A DNA stretch of 38,737 nt. It comes from Promethearchaeota archaeon Loki_b32. Its GTDB lineage: Archaea > Asgardarchaeota > Lokiarchaeia > Sigyniarchaeales > SOKP01. This document shows, piece by piece, positions 18,775-27,101 of the stretch (the stretch's first letter is position 1; each line of letters begins with the position of its first letter). The notes below the pieces were generated by a model. The model saw only the letters and a program-made list of their open reading frames with translations, had not been told where the DNA came from and did no database searches. The DNA lies in NCBI GenBank assembly GCA_005223125.1, contig NJBH01000036.1, forward strand, positions 1 through 38,737, given 5' to 3'. A program made the translations under genes and the position numbers.

Positions 18775-19044
18775 TTACTGGTTCCAAACTGTTTCTTTTA
18801 TTAATGTTTGAAGACATTTTGCACAGTATCTTCCACTTTCCATTCTATTTGCTCTTCTTGCGGTTTTTTGTGTTTTAACCATTTTAGCAGGTCGTAGTCT
18901 TGGAATTGATTGAAGTGGTCTTTTGCAAATAGCGCAGGATACTCTTTTAGGTTTTCTTCTCCAGTAATGAGTGACATTTTGATTACCAGGGGTACTAAGT
19001 TTTTTTCTTGCTTGAGCTTTAGATCGTAAGCCTGGACGTGGAAT
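18775..19044 (-). CDS. rpl34e: 50S ribosomal protein eL34 (not in ORF track; apparent ATT start)
   Basis: (I)PRPGLRSKAQARKKLSTPGNQNVTHYWRRKPKRVSCAICKRPLQSIPRLRP...RRANRMESGRYCAKCL...WNQ*. Confidence 0.92.
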   Translation of the reverse strand: MPRPGLRSKAQARKKLSTPGNQNVTHYWRRKPKRVSCAICKRPLQSIPRLRPAKMVKTQKTARRANRMESGRYCAKCLQTLIKETVWNQ

Positions 19045-19125
19045 AATAATTACCTTTTTTTTCTTTATGTTTGAGATGATGCTTGATTAATATTATTTAA
19101 AAAAATAGAAAAAATATTAATTTTA

Positions 19126-19755
19126 TTATTTTTGCTTAGATTTTAGATTTAATTTATTTTGAAATTCTTTAAACACCTGGTATAAATCATCAATAATTTT
19201 TTCCTTTAATTTTACATCAGACATAAGAGTATCAATATGATTTAGAGAGTTTTTATGAATTGATTTAACCTTATATAAAATGTCATCTAAACCAGGAAAA
19301 TTACCCAAATTATTATTTAATTCATCAAATAAGTTAAAGATAAGATCTTGTTTTGTTAAACCATCCAAATTTAAAGCATCCATAAGAGTTATAAAGGAGG
19401 TGGTTATTTCTGAAGTAATACCAGGTAACTCTAAAAATGTATGATGCTCTGGGCTTTTATTATTAGAGAGATCCAAAGAAGAAACACGATTTATAATATC
19501 TATAGCAGAGCGATATTCTTGAGATATTTCCATTTTATTTAGGAGATCTGGTAATTGAATACTAATTTCTTTTAAAGTAAAATTTAATTTAAGTAAATTA
19601 TTCATGGCATTTTTTAATGCCTTTCTAAAAAAATTATCATTGACTATCCCCTTTTGATATTTTTTATTTAGGTTTGTTATGAATTTAATTAAAGCAAATA
19701 GTTCAGATTCAATTTTTGATTCCATATCTGGATAAATATTATTATCTTCTACCAT
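19126..19755 (-). CDS. vps28: Vps28-like protein (ESCRT-I subunit homolog)
   Basis: ESELFALIKFITNLNKKYQKGIV and SEITTSFITLMDALNL resemble conserved Vps28 helices. Confidence 0.7.
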   Translation of the reverse strand: MVEDNNIYPDMESKIESELFALIKFITNLNKKYQKGIVNDNFFRKALKNAMNNLLKLNFTLKEISIQLPDLLNKMEISQEYRSAIDIINRVSSLDLSNNKSPEHHTFLELPGITSEITTSFITLMDALNLDGLTKQDLIFNLFDELNNNLGNFPGLDDILYKVKSIHKNSLNHIDTLMSDVKLKEKIIDDLYQVFKEFQNKLNLKSKQK

Positions 19756-19820
19756 ATTACACTGAATAAAATGAAAAAATCGAAATTTTTATATAAGGTT
19801 TGGATTGAGAGTAAATAAAT

Positions 19821-20744
19821 TTAACCAAATAATGTTGGACGCAAGAAATAGAATAAAATAGCAACGATAACACCAATGATAATTGTAGGGATAAGTACTC
19901 GCGTAGTAGAAGAATTGCTTAATTCTCTAATAGCAAGTGTCATTAAAATAGGTACCCAAGCTGCAATAGTGATTGCATCAATTATATCTAAAGTTGCCCA
20001 AGTTGGGGCACTAAATATTTGGTCAAATACCGCCTCATTAAACGTATCACCTGTGACATCTACAGTTGGAAAGCCAAAGAGAACAATTAAAATCTTGATT
20101 GCATTAATTAATAAAAACGGTGTGAACGCGCATAACATCATTTTAAATCTATATGCCCCTTCTAACTGTAACATAGTACCTCCTTTATAAATACTAAAAG
20201 GGCTTACATCTGAAGCTTTATATTTTTCTTTTTGTTCTTTTAATGTTCCAAAACGTTTTTCTAATCTGTCTGTGAACCCTACAGCATAATTAGCTCCCTT
20301 TGTAAATAAGTATATTAGAATTGCAAAATAAATTAATTGAAAACAGAATCCAAATACAAAAAATGCAATAAAAAAGGATAAATTAAACATGAAGAGTTCA
20401 AATGAAAAAGTTGAATATTCAGTAAAATTAAAATGTGAAAAGAATGCTAATCCCATTAATCCGTATAATAGTGAAGAAAATAATAAGATCACCCACCCAG
20501 GAGCTTTACTTCTTTTATGATTAATATCGTAAAAAGCTTTTGGGGCATTTACAAAAAGATAGAAAATCTTCATATACCAAGGAGATGGAGCTGTCCAATC
20601 TGCTTCATATCTTCTGAAAAATCTAATTGTTTCAATTCTTTCGATTTTTAACCTAAAACCACAGAAATTACATGCAAAACTTTCAGCACTATTCTCATTT
20701 CCGCATCTAGGACAACGCTGAAATGCGGCAACTGTCTGAGACAT
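19821..20744 (-). CDS. Zinc-ribbon plus Yip1-like multi-pass membrane protein
   Basis: N-terminal CPRCG...CNFCG; LFVNAPKAFYDI, ~5 TM helices, LAIRELSNSS. Confidence 0.6.
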   Translation of the reverse strand: MSQTVAAFQRCPRCGNENSAESFACNFCGFRLKIERIETIRFFRRYEADWTAPSPWYMKIFYLFVNAPKAFYDINHKRSKAPGWVILLFSSLLYGLMGLAFFSHFNFTEYSTFSFELFMFNLSFFIAFFVFGFCFQLIYFAILIYLFTKGANYAVGFTDRLEKRFGTLKEQKEKYKASDVSPFSIYKGGTMLQLEGAYRFKMMLCAFTPFLLINAIKILIVLFGFPTVDVTGDTFNEAVFDQIFSAPTWATLDIIDAITIAAWVPILMTLAIRELSNSSTTRVLIPTIIIGVIVAILFYFLRPTLFG

Positions 20745-20866
20745 TCTTATTCGGAAGTTTTAATAATTTTTATAATAATCATATAATAAACTAATCTTAT
20801 AAAAATTTCTTCTAATTTTTTATCAAATGATAATTAGAATTTTCTTTAGATTGCATTTCTTATTTA

Positions 20867-21928
20867 TTATTGAAGTTCAATTATGAAATGGGTATTTTCT
20901 TTTTTGATAAGATAATTTCTATTTAAAAATAATTTAATTAATTCTAGATTAGTTTTAGTATGATTTGTTATTTTAAGAACTTTTATTCTTGATGGGTCTT
21001 TAACAAAACCCATGAAAGGAATTAACTGATCGCTTAAGTAATTGTCAATAGGTATGCCATTTTCTATATATTTAAGAAGTTCATTAGCAGCGAGTTCACC
21101 AAGTTTCTCCGAAGTAATATTTCGTTCACCTAATATTGTTCCAGAGGAAATAATAGCACCAGTATCTGAACTTGCCCATAAAGAAAGTCCTACTCCAGGA
21201 CTTAATGAATGTACGTAATTATAATCAATTTTAAAATTATAATCTAGATTTTTCTTTAAATGTTTTAAAACAGATGTTCTTATTCTTTCACCTACCTTGT
21301 TTTTTCTTAATTGGTTTGTAATTATTATTTCACCGCGAATTAAGTCAATTTTTCCAAGTTCTGTTAATGATATTGGCTTGAGTTTATCTTTAGGAGGATA
21401 TAAAGTACATTTAACAATTGCCCCTCCCTTTGGATAAAATCCGTGTTTTTGGATATTAATATCGATATCATATCCATGATTTCTGAAAATCTGATAAGTA
21501 ACTTCTTTAAGATAGTTAAGACTTGGAGCCCATTTGCCAAATGTCCCCCCACCATTAATTAAAATTTCTATTTTCTCTGGTTTGTTAAAGCCTAAGCATG
21601 CGATTTGAATTGGCTGAAGTAATAGCCCTATGTTCCCTGCAGTTCCAATTTTCACTTCAATTTTACTTTGTAGTGTTTGCTTAGGATATAATGTGATCTC
21701 TTTTGTTCCAACCTGACATTCCGATAAGGAGCTATTTGTTAAGTTAGCCAAAGCCTCTAATCCCTTTAAATGCTGGAGTCGTAATCCGGACTTTGGTCTA
21801 TTTGCTCTTATATTTTTTATTCGAATTGGGCGTTTTAATAATATTGAAAGTCCTGCACCTAATCTTAGTATTGAACCTCCACCTTCTCCAAAAGAACCGT
21901 CAATAACTATAAGTTCTGAGTCATTCAT
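20867..21928 (-). CDS. rtcA: RNA 3'-terminal phosphate cyclase
   Basis: IDGSFGEGGGSILR, IRANRPKSGLRLQH, GFYPKGG, YLSDQLIPF, TNHTKTN (catalytic His). Confidence 0.93.
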   Translation of the reverse strand: MNDSELIVIDGSFGEGGGSILRLGAGLSILLKRPIRIKNIRANRPKSGLRLQHLKGLEALANLTNSSLSECQVGTKEITLYPKQTLQSKIEVKIGTAGNIGLLLQPIQIACLGFNKPEKIEILINGGGTFGKWAPSLNYLKEVTYQIFRNHGYDIDINIQKHGFYPKGGAIVKCTLYPPKDKLKPISLTELGKIDLIRGEIIITNQLRKNKVGERIRTSVLKHLKKNLDYNFKIDYNYVHSLSPGVGLSLWASSDTGAIISSGTILGERNITSEKLGELAANELLKYIENGIPIDNYLSDQLIPFMGFVKDPSRIKVLKITNHTKTNLELIKLFLNRNYLIKKENTHFIIELQ

Positions 21929-23057
21929 AGGTTATTGTTTTTTCATATAAAGATTTTATTCGTTCAATTCCTTCAATTTCCTCAATTAATTCGACTACTT
22001 CTTTTGATACTAAAGTCTTCCACTTTTTATCATTTTTTATAATTAGTTTTCTGATATTACTTCCATTAAATTTTTTTTTGAAAATTGTGAATTTCTTCTC
22101 AACTTTAATTCCCTTATTAACAAACAATTCTCTTACCCATTCACTATTGGAATAAATTGAATTAACTTCACCTATAATAGAGATTACATGATCTACCCAT
22201 TTTTTAGCGTTAAATATGTCTGGGATAAAAAATATTTCATATCGTTTAGAGGAGATACCTCTTTTTTCTAAGGCACTTATAAGAAATTTCTTTCTTTCTT
22301 CGCTTGTAAATGGATCGTTTAAAGTATAGGATAATTGAGAACTTCCTATCCCTATTTTTACTTTTTTATTTGTCTTAAAAATATTTTTAAGAATATAAAT
22401 ATGCCCATGATGTAAAGGTTGAAATCTACCGATAAATAAAGCAATAGAATTTCTGTTCTCATCTATTTGTTCAATCTCTTTTTCAAAAAGAGATAATACA
22501 TCTATATTTAGTATTCTTTTCCATGTCTTCTTTGTATAATCGATATTCTTTTCATTCCCTAACAGACTTTCTAGTTCAGTTCTATTATAAAATTTGCTTA
22601 ATTCTACGTCCAATTCTTCAGGATTAGGTTTTAAAGGGACTTTAGAATCAACAATCCCAAAAAAAATATATGCGATTTCATTCCCTTCAGTATTTATATC
22701 ATAAAATAATACCTTTTGAATATCTTTCGGGGGTATTCCAAACTCTTCTTCAAGTTCTCTTATTGCATTCTTTTTGATTTTATTAAGGGTCAAATTTTTT
22801 GTCCAAATTACATGTCCAGAAGCGGAATCTGTAAAATATTCAGGGAATATTTTCTTAGTCTTACCACGTTTTTGGATTAAATATATTATATCTCCTTCGG
22901 GAGTTTCTGATACTATGAAAAATCTGGTAATTAAATGACTTATGTTTTTATTATGGGCTTCTGATCGTTCCATTGGAAAAACAAATTTAGATTGTTGGCC
23001 TGATTCCAAAAATTTCTTGTTTTTTTCATCAATACAAACCAAAATTTCTTTTTCCAT
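21921..23057 (-). CDS. NUDIX domain fused to NMN adenylyltransferase (NadM-like)
   Basis: N-terminal SASGHV...AIRELEEEFG; C-terminal FIGRFQPLHHGH, GIGSSQ, DPFTSEER. Confidence 0.85.
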   Translation of the reverse strand: MEKEILVCIDEKNKKFLESGQQSKFVFPMERSEAHNKNISHLITRFFIVSETPEGDIIYLIQKRGKTKKIFPEYFTDSASGHVIWTKNLTLNKIKKNAIRELEEEFGIPPKDIQKVLFYDINTEGNEIAYIFFGIVDSKVPLKPNPEELDVELSKFYNRTELESLLGNEKNIDYTKKTWKRILNIDVLSLFEKEIEQIDENRNSIALFIGRFQPLHHGHIYILKNIFKTNKKVKIGIGSSQLSYTLNDPFTSEERKKFLISALEKRGISSKRYEIFFIPDIFNAKKWVDHVISIIGEVNSIYSNSEWVRELFVNKGIKVEKKFTIFKKKFNGSNIRKLIIKNDKKWKTLVSKEVVELIEEIEGIERIKSLYEKTITYE

Positions 23058-23073
23058 AATTAAACATTCTCGT

Positions 23074-23904
23074 TTACAATTCTAGGGTTACAGCATCTCC
23101 TACAATAAACCCTAATTTTTTAGATGCATTTCCTTGATTAACTGATATTTCAAGAAACCCTGTTGAGCCAACAATAAATAATATTGATTTTAATTGTACT
23201 TTTTGGAAATATGAAGTAAATACTCCTTCATATGTATTTCCCTTAATAGTTATCCTAATTTTTATACCTTCACTTAATATCAATTTACTATTTTGTATTT
23301 TATTATTAACTATTGGAATGTTTGTTGTTCCATTCCCAAAAGAGTCGATATATTGAATTAAACATCTAATAGTCTTCTTTTTAATTTCTATATCATAATT
23401 AATAGGGGATTCTTTTAAATTATTAAGGTTAAAATTAGAACCAAATTTATTTAAGGGGATACCAGATAATAAATGTGCACCAATGGGGGCCATAATATCT
23501 CTTCCATGAAATGTTTTTGAAATCGGTTTATTAAAAAAGGTATCATTCTGAATTTCTATACACTCTTTTATATCATCAGTTAAATTAATAGAAAAGATTC
23601 CATTATTTGGTCCAATAAAATAATGATCAGAATATGTTTTTAATGCTAAAATTTCTCGAGAACTTCCAACTCCTGGATCAACTACAATTATAAAAACAGT
23701 TCCTTTAGGAAATAACTTATAAGTATTTTTTAGAATATAAGAAGCCTCAATTACAGAATATGGGGTAACCTGATTCGAAAGATCTATTATTCTTATATTA
23801 AAATTAATTTTTAATATAACAGCTTTCATACTTGCTACATAATGCTGACCCTTTAATCCAAAATCAGTTAGTATGCATATTAATTTTTGATTGAAATCTG
23901 CCAT
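23074..23904 (-). CDS. SAM hydroxide adenosyltransferase / SAM-dependent halogenase family (DUF62)
   Basis: LTDFG, VVDPGVGSSR, GPNNG, TFHGRDIMAP, IDSFGN, LEISVNQGNA. Confidence 0.9.
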   Translation of the reverse strand: MADFNQKLICILTDFGLKGQHYVASMKAVILKINFNIRIIDLSNQVTPYSVIEASYILKNTYKLFPKGTVFIIVVDPGVGSSREILALKTYSDHYFIGPNNGIFSINLTDDIKECIEIQNDTFFNKPISKTFHGRDIMAPIGAHLLSGIPLNKFGSNFNLNNLKESPINYDIEIKKKTIRCLIQYIDSFGNGTTNIPIVNNKIQNSKLILSEGIKIRITIKGNTYEGVFTSYFQKVQLKSILFIVGSTGFLEISVNQGNASKKLGFIVGDAVTLEL

Positions 23905-23963
23905 ATCAAGGAAAAAACAGGGAATTTAGTAGATTGTATTTATAAAAATAAAGCAAGAGAAAT

Positions 23964-24869
23964 TTATTTAGTTTTTCTATATTTTTCATCTACTTTATAA
24001 AAATCTTCTAATGCTTTTGATTTTAATCTGTATTCCTCTTCTTTATCAAATTGTATAAGTTTTTTAGAAATTTCACTTGCTCTTCTGTAAGAGGTATAAG
24101 CCCTATGAAAATCTTCATTTCTAAGTGCATTCCGTGCTTCTTGCACAATTTTTTCTCTTTCTTTGGATAAATCAGGAATATGTTGAGAGAAACTCCCTTT
24201 TTCTCTGAGGGAAGTAGCAATATCCATTACATATAGATTTTCAGCCATCTCCGCTGCTTTATAGTAAAACTTACTAGCTTTCTCATAATCTAAAGATTTA
24301 ATCGCATTTTCCGCTATTTTGTAGTATTCTGAAATTTTCTTATGTTCTCCCCCTTCAATTTTTTCTACAAGTTCTTGAGCAATTTTTCTTTCTTTTTTCT
24401 CACCACTTAGCATCAACTTAGTGATGTTTATAATACTATCTTTCAATGCTTCAGGTTGAAGAATATCTATTAATGGTTCTAAATGCTCTAAATAAATATC
24501 CTTTAATATAATTTCAAATTCTTCTTGTGATTTATTTAGAATGTTGAGACTTGGAATTTCAAATGCTTCTGCTCCTGCTTTAAGGGACGAACTAAATTTT
24601 TCTGGTTCATCATTTTCATTTAAAAGCATCCCTATAATAAGCCCAGATGCTTTTCGAATCAATTTTCCTTTAAATTTGTAAAGATATGAGAAAATTTGAT
24701 GTTCTTTTAATTTTAATAAATTATACTCATTTTTTGAATGATCAAGATTTAATCTAAGAAACAAATCATTTGAAATTTCAAAATCTGATTTGTTCTCTTT
24801 AAAATAATATCCCATAATCTTATAATCAGCATCAATTGGAAGTAAAATAACAAAACAGCCCATTGGCAT
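23964..24869 (-). CDS. Hypothetical protein; alpha/beta N-terminus plus TPR/MIT-like helical repeats
   Basis: AENAIKSLDYEKASKFYYKAAE and ARNALRNEDFHRAYTSYRRASE repeats. Confidence 0.65.
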   Translation of the reverse strand: MPMGCFVILLPIDADYKIMGYYFKENKSDFEISNDLFLRLNLDHSKNEYNLLKLKEHQIFSYLYKFKGKLIRKASGLIIGMLLNENDEPEKFSSSLKAGAEAFEIPSLNILNKSQEEFEIILKDIYLEHLEPLIDILQPEALKDSIINITKLMLSGEKKERKIAQELVEKIEGGEHKKISEYYKIAENAIKSLDYEKASKFYYKAAEMAENLYVMDIATSLREKGSFSQHIPDLSKEREKIVQEARNALRNEDFHRAYTSYRRASEISKKLIQFDKEEEYRLKSKALEDFYKVDEKYRKTK

Positions 24870-24940
24870 TAGAAAAATTACACCATTTTTATATATTATT
24901 TTTAAATTAAATTAAGAATAAGTAGAAAAAAATTAAAAAT

Positions 24941-25363
24941 TTATTGTTGACTAGCACTAATTATCCTATTTGTTTCTTCTCTTATGGATTGAATTATATT
25001 TAATAATTGAGCAAAGTACAGATTATCGGTTACTGCTTTTGAAACTTGCTTAATAATTTCAATTGCTTTCTTTTCTTCTTCTGTAATTACTTCAATCGCC
25101 TTTTTATCCCAAAGTTCTTTTATTTTTTGATTAAAATCATCAGAAAGTTCCTGAAGATTTTTACTAGATTGAACTCTAAATTGTTTTAAGACTTCTACAA
25201 TTAATCTAATGTTTTCTGTCATGGCAACTGTTTGTTCAGAGAAACTTTGGCTCACAAGGGTAATTGCACTACTCATTTGGGTAATCTGAGCGATTGTTCC
25301 ATCCAAGGAACTCATAATTTGATTTATTTTTTGTATCATCTCATCTAATAGTTGTTCTGCCAA
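24941..25363 (-). CDS. Coiled-coil hypothetical protein
   Basis: Heptad pattern; TTG start behind AGGTGA. Confidence 0.7.
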   Translation of the reverse strand: MAEQLLDEMIQKINQIMSSLDGTIAQITQMSSAITLVSQSFSEQTVAMTENIRLIVEVLKQFRVQSSKNLQELSDDFNQKIKELWDKKAIEVITEEEKKAIEIIKQVSKAVTDNLYFAQLLNIIQSIREETNRIISASQQ

Positions 25364-25397
25364 TTTTTGTCACCTACTTTTATAAAAATTAATTTTT

Positions 25398-25811
25398 TTA
25401 TTCAACTACTTCTTCTTCTTTAATGGATTCTTTAAGAGTTTTAACTGAATCAATAGCTTCTGATAACAATAAGTTTACAGTATCTTGATTGAGAACCCCC
25501 TCAGACATCTTAGAAAAATCCTCAAGCTTTTTAATTAAATTTTTTATTGCATCCAAGCCTAGACCATCCTGAATAGTTTTCAATTCTTTAGTTGTTCCTA
25601 ATCCTATTTCCTTTATAGCATCAATATGTTTAGTTTGAGTAACATTAATTTCATTAGAAAATTCTTCTAACTTTTCAGTTAAATTTGAAATTTTTTGTTC
25701 AATATTTTGATTTAGTCCATCGAGAGAAGTCTTCAGCTCCTGTATTGCTTGCCCTAATTGAGCAATCCTTTTATAGATATTCTGAAGAAGATCGGTTAAC
25801 ATTTCAGCCAT
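25398..25811 (-). CDS. Coiled-coil hypothetical protein
   Basis: Heptad pattern; N-terminus MAEMLTDLLQNI resembles neighbour MAEQLLDEMIQKI. Confidence 0.7.
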   Translation of the reverse strand: MAEMLTDLLQNIYKRIAQLGQAIQELKTSLDGLNQNIEQKISNLTEKLEEFSNEINVTQTKHIDAIKEIGLGTTKELKTIQDGLGLDAIKNLIKKLEDFSKMSEGVLNQDTVNLLLSEAIDSVKTLKESIKEEEVVE

Positions 25812-25988
25812 AGTATATCAACTTTTTCGTATTTTTTAAGTAATTTAAAAATATCTTTTTTTATCACTTCAATTATAAATATAACAGATTACACCAATAA
25901 AAAAATTTTTATCTTTTTGTGACTTTTGACAATATAAAGTATTTTGTTTCAATAGTTAAAAAAAAGTATCTGATTTAACAATCACGTA

Positions 25989-26170
25989 GGGCCATTTGCT
26001 TAGCTATCGTCTTGAGGTTCTCTCGGTGACTGAAATGGTTAACAGGCTTACACGCTTGGTCAACAAGCGCAGGTCTTATAAATGACCTACGGACAGACAA
26101 TAAATATTTGAATAAATTGTCCGTATAAAGTAAAAGCCTGAGATCCGGGGTTCAAATCCCCGATGGCCCA
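25989..26170 (+). tRNA. tRNA-Ile(TAT) with three BHB introns (26006..26035, 26042..26064, 26082..26135)
   Basis: Mature sequence GGGCCAT TT GCTT AGCTTGGTTA AAGC G CAGGT CTTATAA GCCTG AGATC CGGGG TTCAAAT CCCCG ATGGCCC A. That it is a tRNA is clear; the isotype depends on a manual splice parse. Confidence 0.78.
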
Positions 26171-26300
26171 TTTTTTTATTTCTTTAGATCGTGAAACATC
26201 CATTTTACGTCTTTTCAAATATACTAAAATAACACCTCAATATACATTGAAGTAATATTCTTAGATTTTTATCAATAAATAAATTTAGAACAATAAGTTT

Positions 26301-26981
26301 TTATTTATCTAGAAATGAACTGACCAAATCAAGGAGCCATTTCTTTATCTGAGTGATATTTTTCAGAATACCAGGAACAAGATTGTCAGGAAAAGTATGT
26401 TCTTGTTCTAATCTTTGAGCGGTTTCCATCCATTTATTTAAGGCTAATTGAACTAAGCTAGCACCTTCAGCTTCCATAAAGATTGGAACTACAGCAGCAG
26501 ATTCTCTTGCATCCCCTATAGCAAAATAAATTCGTCGATTTATCCCTTTTAACAATACTAAATTTGCACATTCATCGAGTTTTCTCTCAACTAAAATGCT
26601 TTTTAAAATCTGAGTTTTCATTTCTGAATCCTTTTTAGCAAAATTATCTTTTCTCCTTTTAAGTGCAGGTTGGACTTCCAATACAATTTTATCACCAGTA
26701 GTTCCTTCGCTAAAGTATTTAGTGATTGTTAAAGAACTATCTAAAGCTTCTATTGCTATGAATTTTTTGCTATTTGAATAGAAAACTGCTTTAGAACCAC
26801 CTTGATCTTCACTTGAAGATTGTTTTATAAAGATATTTCTCATAGTCACAGAATTAGATGTATGGTAAGCAATTTCAAACAATTCTCGAGGGCTTAAAGG
26901 ACTATATGACTCTTCTATTTGTTTGGAAAGCCACTGAGAAATAATCACATTATTAAATTGGTCTAATAGTCGGTTTTCCAT
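26301..26981 (-). CDS. Hypothetical protein
   Basis: Intact 226-aa ORF, no recognised motif. Confidence 0.65.
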   Translation of the reverse strand: MENRLLDQFNNVIISQWLSKQIEESYSPLSPRELFEIAYHTSNSVTMRNIFIKQSSSEDQGGSKAVFYSNSKKFIAIEALDSSLTITKYFSEGTTGDKIVLEVQPALKRRKDNFAKKDSEMKTQILKSILVERKLDECANLVLLKGINRRIYFAIGDARESAAVVPIFMEAEGASLVQLALNKWMETAQRLEQEHTFPDNLVPGILKNITQIKKWLLDLVSSFLDK

Positions 26982-27101
26982 TAAGATTCCCCATTAGTTG
27001 ATTTAGCATTGTTTAAATAATTTTTATTAAAATATAGAACTTCTAGTTTTTATTTATTTTTATTTCTATTTAACTAGAATATTAAAAGATCGGCAATAAT
27101 T

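Noticed and set aside
26043-26053. CAGGC-TTAC-AC as a Val(TAC) anticodon arm, or an Arg(TCG) parse via GGTC/GACC
   Set aside because: Neither yields a 7-nt loop with consistent BHBs and a normal D-arm; CAGGC is the stem of intron 2.
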